Under the pieces are notes generated by a model, which made no database searches, was not told the DNA's origin, and worked only from the letters and a program-made list of their open reading frames with translations. This document shows, piece by piece, positions 12,396 through 25,400 of a stretch of DNA of 48,427 bases. Origin of the DNA: Rhizaria sp. SCN 62-66. Lineage: Eukaryota. The DNA is taken from positions 62,001 through 110,427 of the forward strand of contig MEDY01000046.1 in NCBI GenBank assembly GCA_001724265.1. Direction: 5' to 3'. The position numbers and the translations under genes were made by a program. Numbering within the stretch: the first letter of the stretch is position 1; each line of letters begins with the position of its first letter.

Positions 12396-12646
12396 AGAAT
12401 CCTGCAATGTTGCGACGCAGCAAACCTTATTTAATAATCGATGATGTGGTCTTATGTATTGACTGGGCCGATGAATTTGCCGTTGTGTTATGTGAAATAC
12501 AATAACAAAAGAACATGCTTTGCCGTTCAGATATAAAGTATTGATCAATCAAGATTAAGAAACTATGTAACGTTTGATTTAGTAAAGATGAGCCAACTGT
12601 AATAACACGAGATGCTATCAGACGATGACCGAGTGACATGCGGAGT

Positions 12647-13997
12647 TCAAGCAACGGTGGCCCGCACATGCACATGTGAGTCGGCACTCTCAGCAGCGAC
12701 ACCGCCGGCACGACTCACGGTCGCAGCAATAGAGTGTGCAGCCGCCGCAGCGCCGCTCTTCTCATCGTCGCCAGTACTTTTCACTTCAGTGTCCTTGCTC
12801 GCAACTTGCGCACACGCGGATGCGGACGTGGGTGCTGTGGGCACAGTTTTGAGCAACGGAAGCGCCAGCCCCGGGGCCAGTGACGCGTGCATTGCACTGA
12901 GCGGCATTGCTGAAAGAGACGACGAATGTGCATGCGAAAGCGACGGCGAGTCAGCGACAGCTGCGATCGGGCTGCTGTCACTGGCACTCGCGCTCGCGCT
13001 TGCAGCTGACTCAGCGGCGTCGCGCGACTTAACTTCCTCGCCGTCCACAGCACGATCCCGGGGTCCCCAAGGCTTGCCTTGCTTCTTCTTCTTCAGCTGA
13101 TCAGCGCCGGTGAGCTTGTCTAGCGCGACCGCGGCCGCGTTGGGGTTGCTGTTAAACACGCCGCGCATGACCGCAGCGGTGTCGTCCGCGTTGGCATTGC
13201 GTTTGCTGACGTGGGCGCGCAGAACGAGCGGCAGCACGGCGTCCACGCGGCGCAGCCCTTCGCGCTGCTCAGGGGTGAAGGGCGAGAGCACGTAGTCGCC
13301 GATGTCGGCGTTGGCGGCCGCTGGACGGCTGATGCCGACGCGGATGCGCACGAAAGGAGAGTTGTTGCCCAGCACTTGAAGACAGTCGCGGATGCCGTTT
13401 TGACCTACGAAACAAACAGAGACAACATTATACTGTTAATAAGACATTAACGTTAAGAAATTAAGTCATACACTCGAATGAAATTGCAAGTTGACCCAAG
13501 ACCGTGGTTGTGTTCGTACCATTAGCAGATCCGCTGTTGCGGACCTTAACTTGACCGATGGGGATCTCGAGATCGTCATGCACAACAATGAGATTCGAAT
13601 GCGGAACCCCAAGGCGGTCTGACAGTGCGCGCACGGCGCGGCCACTGAGGTTCATGTATGTCTCAGGGTTGGCGAGTGTGACGCGCGTGCTGTCGAGCAC
13701 GAGCGCGTCTGAGTAGGAGCACGACGCGCCGGAGTGCACCAGCGGGGCCTTCCAGGCGCGCGCGAGGTGGGCGACGAAGTCGCGGCCAACGTTGTGACGG
13801 GTGCCGTTGTATTTCGCGTCCTTGTTACCAAGACCGAAAATGATATAGTGATCAGAGCTGGACGACGCGGCAGTCGCGAAAGGACGGCTCTCGGTTGACC
13901 CGAGTGAGACGACGAGACCGAGAGCTTGGTTCGCAACAGAGCGGCGGCACCGCTTGACTATACCAAAAAGGGAACTGCAAGGGGAACTACGGCGCAT
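12647..13997 (-). CDS. PTH1: Peptidyl-tRNA hydrolase (Pth1 family, probably mitochondrial), 411 aa; exons 13997-13520 and 13404-12647
   Basis: Motifs IFGLGN..YNGTRHNVG, PETYMNLSG, VVHDDLE and, after splicing, GSANG|QNGIRDCLQVLG..FVRIRVGISRP..DYVLSPF; Arg/Ser-rich N-terminal presequence; stop TGA. Confidence 0.92.
13405..13519 (-). other. Spliceosomal intron in the Pth gene (115 nt, phase 1)
   Basis: GTACGA...TGTTTGTTTCGTAG; AT-rich; joins ORFs 13461-14195 and 12647-13375 into a continuous Pth domain. Confidence 0.9.
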
Positions 13998-14318
13998 TTT
14001 GTTCCTCGAATGAATTTGCAACCTGACGTTGTCTTTGTCGAGAACGCCAATGACAAAACTTATCCACCACGAACACCATCTTGACCGCAGCGTCCACCAC
14101 ATGCTGATTGTGGTAGAACAAATAAATAAGTGCATTATAAGCCTAAACTCCGTCATCTCGCATTGATGTAACGATATCTGATACATTATATGCAACTATA
14201 TTGAGTTTTAAATTTCCGGTTTTGCAAAACTCTCATGTATCCTCTCATTGCGTCCCGCCGGTATGCACTGCTGACACACACTCCGCTGCCTTGTCGCACT
14301 TTCTGTACGTTGCAGGTT

Positions 14319-15907
14319 ATGAAACAAACACCAGCTCCTCATGCAGACCGCATTGAGTCTCGCAAGGCCCGGGAGAACGCTTCCAACTCATACCCGCCAT
14401 GGTTTCCCTACATGGTCATATCTATCGTTGTCGCACTCCTCTCTCCGGTATGCCACCAATGCTTTCGCTCTTGAACGCTGACATGACCTCTTCCTCCGAT
14501 AAGCCGCAGTTATTTCGCATGCATACATGAAACGATGAGCTCTGTACGTATTTTTAGTATGTAATTATCTAATCCTTCTCTATTTTTTCTTACGCATGCG
14601 ATATATAGGTTCTCCTGGCTCGCTTCGGCATGCCCCCGATGTCGATCCTCGACGTCTCCGAGCCCGGAACCGACCTCAAGATCCGCGAGCTTCTTACCTC
14701 TGGCGCGCCCGCGGCCGTGTTCTGCGCCGACGCCGTGGACACACGCCTGTCCGAGTCGCTGCAGGCCGCGCAGTCGACTCTGATCAAGAACGTCACCGCG
14801 ACTATGATCGACTGCACCGCGATGCTGCCCAGCACGTCGCTGACCGTGCTGGAGCGCGTCGGCCTCGTCGCCATCGACGGAACCGCGCCCTCGGCCTTCC
14901 ACACGACGAACCGCGGCGACGGTTTGACGCGGTTTGTGCCGTTTCCGGAGCAGCTGTTCCCCGTGAACGCGAGTGTGTCGCCGCTCATCTCCGCGTTGCG
15001 GCTGCTGCGCCACGTCTCCAACGCCAACGAAATCGACGTTCCCATCATTAGCGGCAGTGGTCAGGCAAACACGCGGTTACCGACTCAGACGCAAACTGAA
15101 GGCAAGGCCCAGGTCCAGAGTGTTGCGGCGAGCAGTCTTACTCAGGCCCAGAGTTCGTTCAACGCGTGCATTGCGCGCCCGGCCTGCGTCGTGTTCCTTA
15201 CAGAGACCCCCTCGGCGCCCGCCGCTGCCGACGTCACCAGCGCCGACGCCACACCCGCCGCTGAACACGCCTCAGTGCTCGCCCGCGCCGCCCGGCGCTA
15301 CCGCGGCGTGGCTTTCGTCACGGTCGACGCGCGCGCGATGCGACTTGACTTCCCGCAGGCTGCTGTCGACCCCGCGCTCGTCGAGGACACCGACGTCGCT
15401 GCTGTGAAGACGCGCCCGTACGTGCTGCCTGCGCTTGAGCTCAAGGCCACCGCGACGACGGGTGGCGATGCTGCGACTGGTGCCTCGAGTGCAAGTGTAA
15501 GCTCACAGTCAGGGCCCAGGCTCCTTGCGTTCCGCTCGATCCTGCGCGCCGCGCCTGCGTCAAAGTCATCCAGTGCTGCAGCTGCCGTGCGCAGCGCCGG
15601 ATCGCTGGTGACTGTGACGCCGCTGGCGTCGGCGTTCCCGGCCACGCGCGGTGACTTCGAGACACTGGATCTTTTCCTCCGTTCCGTATACGGGCCTGCG
15701 AACTTAGGACTGCTGACCACGCTCGACGCCGCGCGCGTGGCCGACACCAACACGATGCTGCTGCTTGACCAGCCGCCCGCAGCGACAGGGACTGAGGGCG
15801 CGGATCTGCGTGCGCGGGCTGCGGCAAGGCGCGCCGCGGGCAAGAGCAACGTGGGGGAGGCGGTCGCGCTCGCGGGACCCCCGACGCTCGCGCTCAAAAC
15901 GGCGTGA
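14319..15907 (+). CDS. Hypothetical single-pass membrane protein with two degenerate thioredoxin/PDI-like folds (no CxxC), 475 aa; exons 14319-14447 and 14609-15907
   Basis: Splicing gives a continuous hydrophobic segment WFPYMVISIVVALLSP|VLLARF. Downstream AAVFCAD..MIDCTAMLPS and FNACIARPACVVFL..ARRYRGVAFVTVDA suggest thioredoxin-like folds (inference). Coding-like GC3; stop TGA. Confidence 0.65.
14448..14608 (+). other. Spliceosomal intron (161 nt, phase 0)
   Basis: GTATGC...pyrimidine tract...ATATATAG; AT-rich; in-frame join. Confidence 0.8.
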
Positions 15908-16487
15908 GATATTTCGGCACGAAAGGACTGTCCTCAATGTGATGTGGCAAGGTGTATTTATGGGGTCTGTACGTGTCTAACTTTTATGCGGGACCTATGA
16001 GGGGCCAGATCCCGGTCGCAAATCGAAAATCCGTGACTTCAGGCACGTGTACAAGGACTAAACAGATTAATTTATTAACTTCCGGAGAATAAACTCTGAT
16101 TCATACTCAGTAATTGTTGTTTTTGTTGCATTATCGTTTGTTGATAGTCTCATATTGTGTCATATGTGTCGCTACCTCGTGTTGCTGGCTGAATCCAGCT
16201 AACTCGGCTCCTCGTCCAAACCAACAAAACAGCTACGAACAACTCATGAGACAAGCTATTTAAAACGTTCAAATGTATTTGTGTTTTGTTCCCCGTATAG
16301 AAACCTGCTCCTACAAAATCATATAATTTTTTGTCACCATATTTACTCGCTATTTTCAATTGTATTATCACTCAAAGTTGTGCGTATCTCACTGACCACT
16401 GTCTCGCGTTACCACTTCCTATCAAAGGCTAACCCACTGCATAGTAGTCGGTTCACAAGGATTTAACGTGTGTTCAACGACGAAGCA

Positions 16488-19400
16488 ATGTAGCCCCGCA
16501 CGTCAACATACCTCCATTTGGCGGAGCTTCTTGCGCGTCTGCAGGCTTTCGAGGCCCAACTGGTCTCATCCCCTGCGAACTGCGATGTCGAGGAAGTCCA
16601 AGAGCTCGTGGCAACGCACCTTGTCCCGTGGTTGAACACCGCTCTGACGCCAGAGTATATTATAGAAGCCAATAATGACCCGTCTGAGTGGTGGCGCACT
16701 GCTGCAGATGCGATTTCTCCCGAGACCGCACGCATGCCCCTCGTTGACCGCATTGCCGCCGTTCGTGTCCTCCTTCCGATGACTATCGCGCTGCCCACCG
16801 ACGACGATGACGCAGCGCTTCCGGCATATTACGCCCTGCGTGCTGTTGCCCTGGAAGCCCTTACCCGCGCGCTGCGGCTGTGCGTGGCGATGGGTGCCAT
16901 GGACTTCGCCGTGGCGTTAGTGCAGCTCGCGCGCGTAGACTACAGCGACCGCCGCGAGAAGGCGTTTGAATCGATCCGCAAAAACGCTGAGAAGAAGGCA
17001 GCAAAGAAGGAAAAGAAGGAGAAGAGCGACAAAAAAGACAAGAAGGTCAAGCGTGCTGGCGCGAGCGAGGAACAGAGCGAAGGCGATTCCAGCGCCGCTC
17101 AGTCGTCTTCTGGCATTTTCAGCGTGACTGATGTGAGTGAGGTCACCCCGCAGATGGTCGTGGACTACACCAGGAAGAATTATAAGATCATGCGCTCGCC
17201 CGCGTACGTTACGCTGCTGCTCTGGTTTTCCAGTGTCACGCGCATTGATGATTTTGACATCGCCGCTTTCGTGAACTTGGATCGTGGTGCGGTGCCCGCC
17301 GTTGCCATCAGTTACGCCGCATCAGATGCTGAGCGCCAGTGGTCCCACGCGCTCTGCGTCTTTTTCACAACGCCCGGGTTTCTTACCGCCGACGCGCCTG
17401 CGCTTCCGCCCTCTATTGCCCTCGCTACAGCCGCTAACCCTGTGATATCCGGCGATCCTCGCGCTGACGCGACTTTCACCGCGAAAACCCATGCAATTGG
17501 GACTGATCGCTACCATGATAAGTTTTGCGAGCGGCTCTTTACCCGCGTTTGTAATGATGCGCGTGAGGCAAATATTGCTCTGCCAGGGCCGCACTACGAC
17601 GACAAGAGTCACCGCATGCTGTCCATGGGCCTCCTACTGGCGCATGCGCTGGCGGCTGATGTGAACGCCTTCGCTGAACGCGAATTTGCTCTCAATCCCC
17701 CCACTAACAACGCAAGTGCTGCTGGTGATTACAAGACTGCGGTGGGGCTTATTGCCAGTGCACCCGCATTTGGTCTCTGGATCCAGCACTGTCTCGCCGC
17801 ACTTTTCCCGTCGAGTCTTGTGGTCTTCGGCGTCATCAGCGAACTTCTCACGGTTATCCTTAGCTTGCTTCTTGATTCTCCCAAGAACGGTGCGGAATTT
17901 ACCAGCCTTAGCGAGCGTCAGCGCCGCGCACTACAACTTCTGCGTCGCTGTCTTGATCCTGTGATCGCGCGGCTCCCAACGATTCAGCTCCCGCCCGCAG
18001 AGGCGATCACGGCACGGCTGCACACCACGGCGGGTGCTCGCGGTGCCTTCACGCCGCTGCTGCTCCCGCTGCTCAAGCAGCCCTCAGATGCGGACGCGCT
18101 TGCAGCGCTGACGCGCGGCCCCGGCGACCCCGCTGCGAGTGCACGTGTAAGCACGCTGGACCTCGACGACACCGCGTTCGTGCTCTGGCTCGACATCGCC
18201 CCCCCTGAACCCGGCGACATGTCCTTAACTGCCCGTCTCCAGATTGCCCGGCGTGAAAACGTGCTAGAATGGCTGTCTCCGCAGCGCGGCCAAGTGTGGA
18301 TGCCCTATGTGCGCATCAACACAGCGCCGAAGCAGCTGCTGCCTTTCGGCGATGAGCCGTTGACGGCATTTGCCCTGATGCCGGCGACGCCTTTGCCGCG
18401 TGAGAATGATGCGGAGGAAAATCCCTCCTTGGCGCTTCCTGTGCTGTCCCCCACGCGAGTGTCGCCGCGTGTGCTGGTCGACTATCTCCTGTCGCTTATC
18501 GACAATCCTACTGGAGACGCCGACCTCGACGCGGTTGCAGCGGCAGTGCCTGCATTGATTCTGCAACAGGCGTCTGTGCGAGGCGCCATGCATGACAAAA
18601 TGGCTCGCGATGCCGGACGCTGGCGCGATGACGCCGCTAACCCTGAGTTTCTTCCCAGTCTTTGTCACGCTGCACTACAAGAGCGTCTGCGCAGTGAGCC
18701 CGTCACCCCAGACCGTTTGCTGCAGCTTGCTCACAGCGATGACGACAGTGCGCCGCCGGACACGTCTTTTATTGCTAGCATTGTCAACAGCAATGACAAC
18801 ACCATGGACTATTGGTTGGAGCTTTTGCTCAAGTGCGTTGCAGCGCTGCCCGCTGCTGCGCGCAAGAAGCGATTGGCGGGTCTTGCGACTGTTCTCGCGA
18901 ATGTGATAATCGGCCGTAGCGGCGAGGGATCACTAGCTGCGCTTGCACCCGCGATGTACAGTAGTGTTACTACGCTGGCGAATGCCGCACCTAATGCGCA
19001 CAACGCTCCACTGTTGTACACGGTTGACTTGCTGTTGGCGTTGGTACCGACGGCCGCACAGACATCTTCGTTTCTGGCAGTGGCGCTTTGCAAGATTTAC
19101 GCGACCTTGTTTATCGAAATTAACTCGCTTGCGCAAATGCGCAAGGTCACATCTATTGGCCACATTGACTTTATGCGGATCTCGGACGCTGCCTTTGATG
19201 CCTTGTTTACTCTCTGCCCTGAACAGCCGGTGGCTGTCATTGAGGACACAGACAAGGGTAGCAGCAGCCTCAGTGGGAACAATAGCGGTAGCTCTTCTGC
19301 AAAGACAACTGGACCTATCTCTGCTGGTGTGGCAGTGGCCAGTGGCACCTCACTTACAACCCTGCAACGCGCCGTTGTGGAGATATTCCTGCTTGACGAC

Positions 19401-22400
19401 GAGGCTGAGAAACTCACCCGCGAGCGCGGCGCAAACAAGATCTCTCTCTCTCTGCCTGAAGAGGCGCACGCGGTCTGCCGTCGTTGGGCAGAGCATGATC
19501 ATGCGCGTCGGTTGAACACTTTGCTCGGCAAGGTGACCTTCGGGGCCGAAGCGAACAAGTTCGGGACTGCTTCAGCTGCGATGTCAGTCAGCCGTGTCCT
19601 CCACGCGATGGCCCGTACGGCGGACGTTTCACTCGTTCTGGCCTCGTGGCGCGACTCGTTGATGCCGACGCTTGTCGCGCCTGCGGCACCCTTTGCGGAG
19701 TCAACAGTGGCAACATCAGTTGAGATTGCAAATGTGTTGCTTGCATTCGCAAATGAGACAGCCGCAAGTGTCAACAACGTTTGTAAGACAGAAAAGACGT
19801 GGCGTTGGCCGTGTCTGCTGCTCAATAACACCGCGACAGACCGCGTCCGGTCCCTGGTAGAGCTCACTAACTACTATCACAACCGCGACGCAAAGCAATA
19901 TCAGGCACTTTTGACTGGACTGAAGGCATTTCTTGCTGAGTCAGTTGCACCGTTCCTCGCCGGACTTGTTGCTGCCAGCAAAGTTTCGGTCTCGGCCAAC
20001 GCCGACTATGCACATGCACGCTGCTCAGCTCAACTCCACGGTGCGCTGCTGCGTCTGTTACGTTACGCTCTGCCCCAAGTTGCGACGTCCGCCGACGTTT
20101 CGGAGCTTATCTCCGCTGTAGCTGAGCATGACTCCGGCATGATCGATCTTTCTGACTCGGAGGCCGCTGCTACAGACGAAGAAGATACTGATGGGGACGA
20201 TGACAGGCAGGAAGAAGAGCAAAAGGAAGAAGAAAAGCGTGGAGTTCGCGAGCCCAAAATCATCGGTGAAGATACGTCTTCACGTAATCTGCCCGTTTTT
20301 CCTGTTAAGCCTTCCATCAGTCGCTCGCGTAATTCTCGTCAAAAGGCCCTGAACGGCTTCGTCGAGACGATCCGCAGCCTTTCCACGGGCGCTTCTGGCC
20401 GCGCCATGGGTGGTGTAGGCAATGCGCTGGGCCAGGCACTCGATGCATACGCGTCGAGCACCAAGACGCGTGATACAAAGGCTGGTCGGATGCATCATAC
20501 TGACCGTTTCTTGGAAGACGAGTCGTCAAGTGACAGCAGTGATGGCGATGCTCGTGGCAACGGAAAAGATCGAAACAACGATAGTAGTGACAGCGATGAC
20601 GCTGAACAGAGCAACGGAGGGGTGTTCATGACTCCAACTGCGCGATCGAACCTTGCGCAACTACAGCTGATGATGCAATCGCGCGTACACATTATTGTTG
20701 AAGGCGAGACAGGACAGGGCAAGTCAGCGTTGGTGACTGAGTCTTCGCGGCAGCTTGGACTGGACCTGGTCCGTGTGAATCTCTCGGCGACTACTTCGCG
20801 CGACACGCTCTTTGGCCATGCTACGCTTCACGATGGCGGCCGTTTCTGCATGACTGAGGGTCCGTTCCTCCGTGCCTACCGCACCGGCGCTGTGCTGCTG
20901 CTCGACGAGCTCAACCTCGCGCAAGACGCAGTGCTGCAGAGTATCGAAGCAGCGCTGGACCCGACCGTCACGGTCTACACACTGCCACGTGAGGCAGATG
21001 TGTTCCTGGGCAACGTCAAAGGTGATGACGGGAAGGATAAGCCGCAGTATGAGTGGCGTACGCGTGTGGAGCGGCATCCTGACTTCCGTTTGGTGTGCAC
21101 ACAGAACCCTGCTGGTAGTCGCTACTCTCGCCAGTCACACTCGGATGCTTTCCTGAGTCATTTCAGCATCGTTAAATTCAAGTCATACAACGCGGATGAC
21201 ATGCGGCTGATTGCCCAGCGCCGTATTGCCGCGCGATGGCCCCGTAGGGGTGAGGGACTGCAATCCTGGGCAAAGCGGCTCACGAAGGCGTTCCTAGGCG
21301 CAGCGGCAACAGAACTTCACCGTGCGATGATTGCTGCTTTCGGCTACCCCGCTGTCGCAACTGCTAAGGGTTCTGACGCATTACCGTCAGTCGTTGATTC
21401 CACTCCCGTTCTGAAGGCTGCACAAAAGCTTGCCACTGATCAACCTGCGATTGAGTCCGTGGCTCTCGAAGGTAAAGAGGCGTACGCGGAGATCACGCTG
21501 CGTGACTTGCTGCAGTTGTGCGATGGCCTCACTGCCTTGCTCACAACAGCCACGCCGGCTCGTTTGGGACTTAGTGGTGGCAGCAGCGCTGATGCTGCGG
21601 ATACAGCCGCTGCTGTTGCGTTTAAGCTGGAAGCGTGGGCGTGCTACGCAGCCCGCTTGCGAAGCAACACGAGTCGCAACGATCTCGCGGCTGTGGTGGC
21701 AGCGCTAACAAACACACTTTTCCCGAACAGCGCTGCGAACTCCGGGAACTCCGCCCAGAACATGTTCGATAACCTGCGTGTCTCTGCCGTTGGCGGTGCT
21801 AGATCTTCAATTGTCAGTGCGGGCGTGACCGCGGGTCCCTATACGGCAAATACGCCGATTGGTTTTTTAACTGCCGTGGAAGCTATTCTCAGCAAGAAGA
21901 AGATGACACGTGAGCAGCGTGCCTCTTTTCCCTTAGTGCGCGGTGCATGCATGGCGCTGTGGAACGAGCTGCGGCGCCAGGCCGAGAGCTGGGGTGTTGT
22001 GCCGGTTGACCTGGTGGGTCTCGCGCGCGCTATGCTCGATGCTGCTAAGGTCGACTCTGGGGTGGGTGTTGCAACGAACAAATCTTCGAAACGTGGTGGT
22101 GCAACGCAGGCCAATGGGTGGTTCGGAGACCTGGAGCCCGACGTGTTTGGCGCCGCTGAGGAGAGCGATAACGACTCGCATCAATTGTACAATGGTCAAC
22201 CTACATCTGCGAATCCTATCAATCTTGCACTTACGGATACTACGCGCGCTGCCCCTGCAGCATCGCTGATGGATGACGATCTTATTGTTTCCTCGCGCGC
22301 CACAGGCCGCACGCACCGCTACAATGCGCGCAACAGCAGCAGCTCTGCCGCCGGTGGTGATGACGATGATGACAACGAAGAGGAGGACATGGCGTCTGTT

Positions 22401-25400
22401 ACAGATGCAATTCGGAATCGTATCGCGATTGCGTTCTACAAGACCGTTTTTCCTTGGTTTGCAACTCCTTGTCACAACGATCTTCTGAACGTCTTGCGTT
22501 CAGCACTCGGCGATTCGGCAGTCTCCGCCGTGCGCGGCTTGGACGCGAGCAACGACGCCGCACGCTTAGTGCAGCCCGTCCGGCTAAACCTTGTACCTGG
22601 AGCATTTGTCTGCCTAGTTCGCGCTGCCTCGCTGCGCCAACCCGTGCTCATGTCGGGCCCTGCTGCCTCTGGTAAGACATCGCTGTTGCGCGCATTGACC
22701 TTCTTGACCAGTGGTCTTGCACCTGAGGAAGTGTTCCTGACGCGCCAGTCTGAACCGGAGGACCTCATTGGTCACCACTCTATTGCGCAGGGCAAGCGTT
22801 TAATCTGGGTTGACGGCGCCGTCACGCGCGCGGCTGAGGCAGGACTACCATGCGTTTTGCACAGCGCGGACCTTGCGCCTGCAACGGTGCTTGAGCGTTT
22901 GAACCCGGTGATGGAAGATCCCCCCCACTTATCTGTGCATGAGAACAACGAAGCGGTACCACGCAAACTCGGCAAGGGTTTCTTCGTCGCCGCGATGGTT
23001 ACTACGACTGCAGAAGCAGTCGCAGTGCACGGTTCTGGTATCTCTCCTGCCTTCTTCAATCGTTGCAGTGTCATCCACGTTGACCCTGCAGCGCGTGCCG
23101 ACGGATCAACGCGTTTTCTCTCAGCTATCGCCGCCCCATATCTCGCCGGACGCACTGAGCTTCACGCTCTTGCGCCGCTGCTTGCACAGTGGGTTGCCAC
23201 AGCGGGAATTGTTGACACGCCCATCTCTATGCGCGCAGCTTACCACATTGTCCGTGCAGCCGTCGCCGCTGCACCAGCTATTGCACGCTTCCCATACTCT
23301 GCGGCGCCTGGGTCTGTCGCGGTGAATAGCGATCTTGTTTGGCGCGCCCATATGTGGCTCTCGGGCACTCTCTTCGTGCGTGCGACACCCGCGTTACGCC
23401 GCGCTTGGTTTGCCGGCGAGCATCGCAATGCGGTGCGCGCTGCTTGTGTCCATTGTCTTGCGTGTTACCCCACGGCGTTGTGGGGTGCAGACTGGGGTCA
23501 GCCCACGGCAACATACACGCCTTGTGGCACGGCGCTAAATCTCGCCGCGCTGGCGTGCCTTGCGCGCTCCCCGCTGCTGCTTGAGGGTGATGCCGCAACT
23601 GGTAAGACTGCACTTGCGCGGCACCTTGCGCGGATCCACGCTCCCCTTGACGATTATGATTTCGGTGTCACTGAAGAGAAAATCCCGAGCGAGACCAGTA
23701 TGAAGGGTGTTCTGGAGCGGTTTAATAACTCAAAGAGCACGCGCCGTGAGGACTACTTTGGATCTTTTGTTCCCGCAGGTGCTGGTGAGTTTATCTGGGT
23801 TTCTGGTCCGCTGACTCGCGCGCTGAGCGCAGGTGGTGTGTTCTTGGCCGATGAATTCAACCTGTGTCCTAGCGACGTCATGAACTGCCTTGCGCCTGTG
23901 CTTGAGTCTGGTTTGTGCGCTGTGACGACATACGACAACGAGACGCACGCGCCAATCGTTAAACGCGCGCGCTCCTCTTTTTTGTTCCTTGCGACGCAAA
24001 ATCCGGCTGCGATGCGTGGTCGTTCTGCGATTCCTCCTGCACTGTTGGAGCGCTTTGCGCTCATCCCTGTGCGGCCCTATATTAAAGGCCAGCTAGAACA
24101 CATCGCAAAGAACTTTGTTGAAAAGCATTCTGTTGCCAATACTCTGGTGGCGACTGCTGACGCATCACGTCTCTTTGGTATCACTCGTGTTGCTGCGCCT
24201 GCGCAGTCCCAGATCAAGGCTAGTGATGCGGCGTCAGTCTTAGTGACTGTTATGCAAATTCTTTCGGATGCAGCTGCAAATGGTGACTTGACTGTGCGCG
24301 GTAGCGCTGGTGTGGAGGGTGCTGAAGGTGCGTTCACCGTTCGTTTCATGCAGCGCTGGTACGGCCGCTTCACGAAGGCGTTCACGCACAACGCCTTCTT
24401 CATCGAAACGCCCGCCCTGACGAATCTTACGGTGGCCCTGGGTGGATCTTCCGGTCGTGCCATGGCGTTATTGCTGCTTGTCGGCTTTGAGCTTGCATCT
24501 TCTATTATTGTTGCTACAGACCGTGAGAAGGTCGCGGGTGCATTTATGAACGCCCTTGTCGTAACCAACCTTGTTGACGGACACAACGCCAACGCGGCTG
24601 CAGCTGCTCTGATGGCAGCATGTCCTGTTGCGGTGACCGTACGTGAGGCGCGCGATCACGCTCTTCTGATGCGCGGATCCCGTGCTGTCTTGGTGCCACC
24701 CCATGCCGTGGCACTTATGGTTAGCTCCAACGTCGCACTATCCACAGCCCCACAGACTCTGCTCCAGCCACTCGTGCTCGCCGCCTCCGCGCTGACTGCG
24801 GCTGAGCCAACGTGCCTGATCGGTCCCTCTGGCGTTAAGACCATTGTTGCTGAAGCCGCACTTGCAGTGGCTTCTGATAGGAACGCTAATGACGCTCTGG
24901 AGCGTGTTTATCTTACTTCGCTCAGTGAGACGCATGACTTGGTCGGCCACATCCACGCATGCGCTATTGATGCTGCGCCTCTTGCTTTCGTTACTGCAAT
25001 GCAATCCTTGGTCGCGCGTTTGCGCGCACTACAGAAGGATCTAGTGAGCGTAGCAGAACGCGACATCGCAAGCAAACTTTTACAACCGATTGAAGCAGTA
25101 TACACCGAAGTTGATGAGAAATTCCAGCAATTTGAGGTGTCTGTTGATGAGGAAGATAAGCCTAGTGTTGATGGAGCTTGCAAGGCAACCACAGCTGTGC
25201 CTGCTTCAAAACCTGTGAGTGTTGCGTCACCTTCTCCAGCGTTCGTTCCAAAGTCGCATGTTCGCGAACCGAAGCTCAAGGGGCGCAAGGCTGTCGACGA
25301 TGAAAGTGAGAGTGAAAAGTCGTTCGCCTCTTCGACTGAAGATGAGTCTGACTCGCAGTCATCTAGTCCCGATGACAGTGACTCTTTTGTGAATGTGGCT

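Noticed and set aside
10164-12548. Minus-strand ORFs of 263, 380 and 465 aa opposite the RbfA-like gene
   Set aside because: GC-rich antisense artefacts with no domain signal.
14235-14318. Upstream ATG 14235 as the start of the thioredoxin-like gene
   Set aside because: The segment contains a consensus GTATGC...TTGCAG intron-like stretch whose removal leads to an immediate TGA. ATG 14319 is preferred, though this is uncertain.
15908-16460. Search for a suppressor tRNA or other ncRNA in intergenic spacers (also 7200-7990 and 47106-47712)
   Set aside because: No cloverleaf or A/B-box pattern recognisable by eye; tRNAscan-SE/Infernal would be needed.
16518-16520. TTG start assigned by the ORF track (and GTG start at 39552)
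   Set aside because: Bacterial-style starts are unlikely in this intron-containing eukaryote; both are artefacts of the upstream in-frame TAG.
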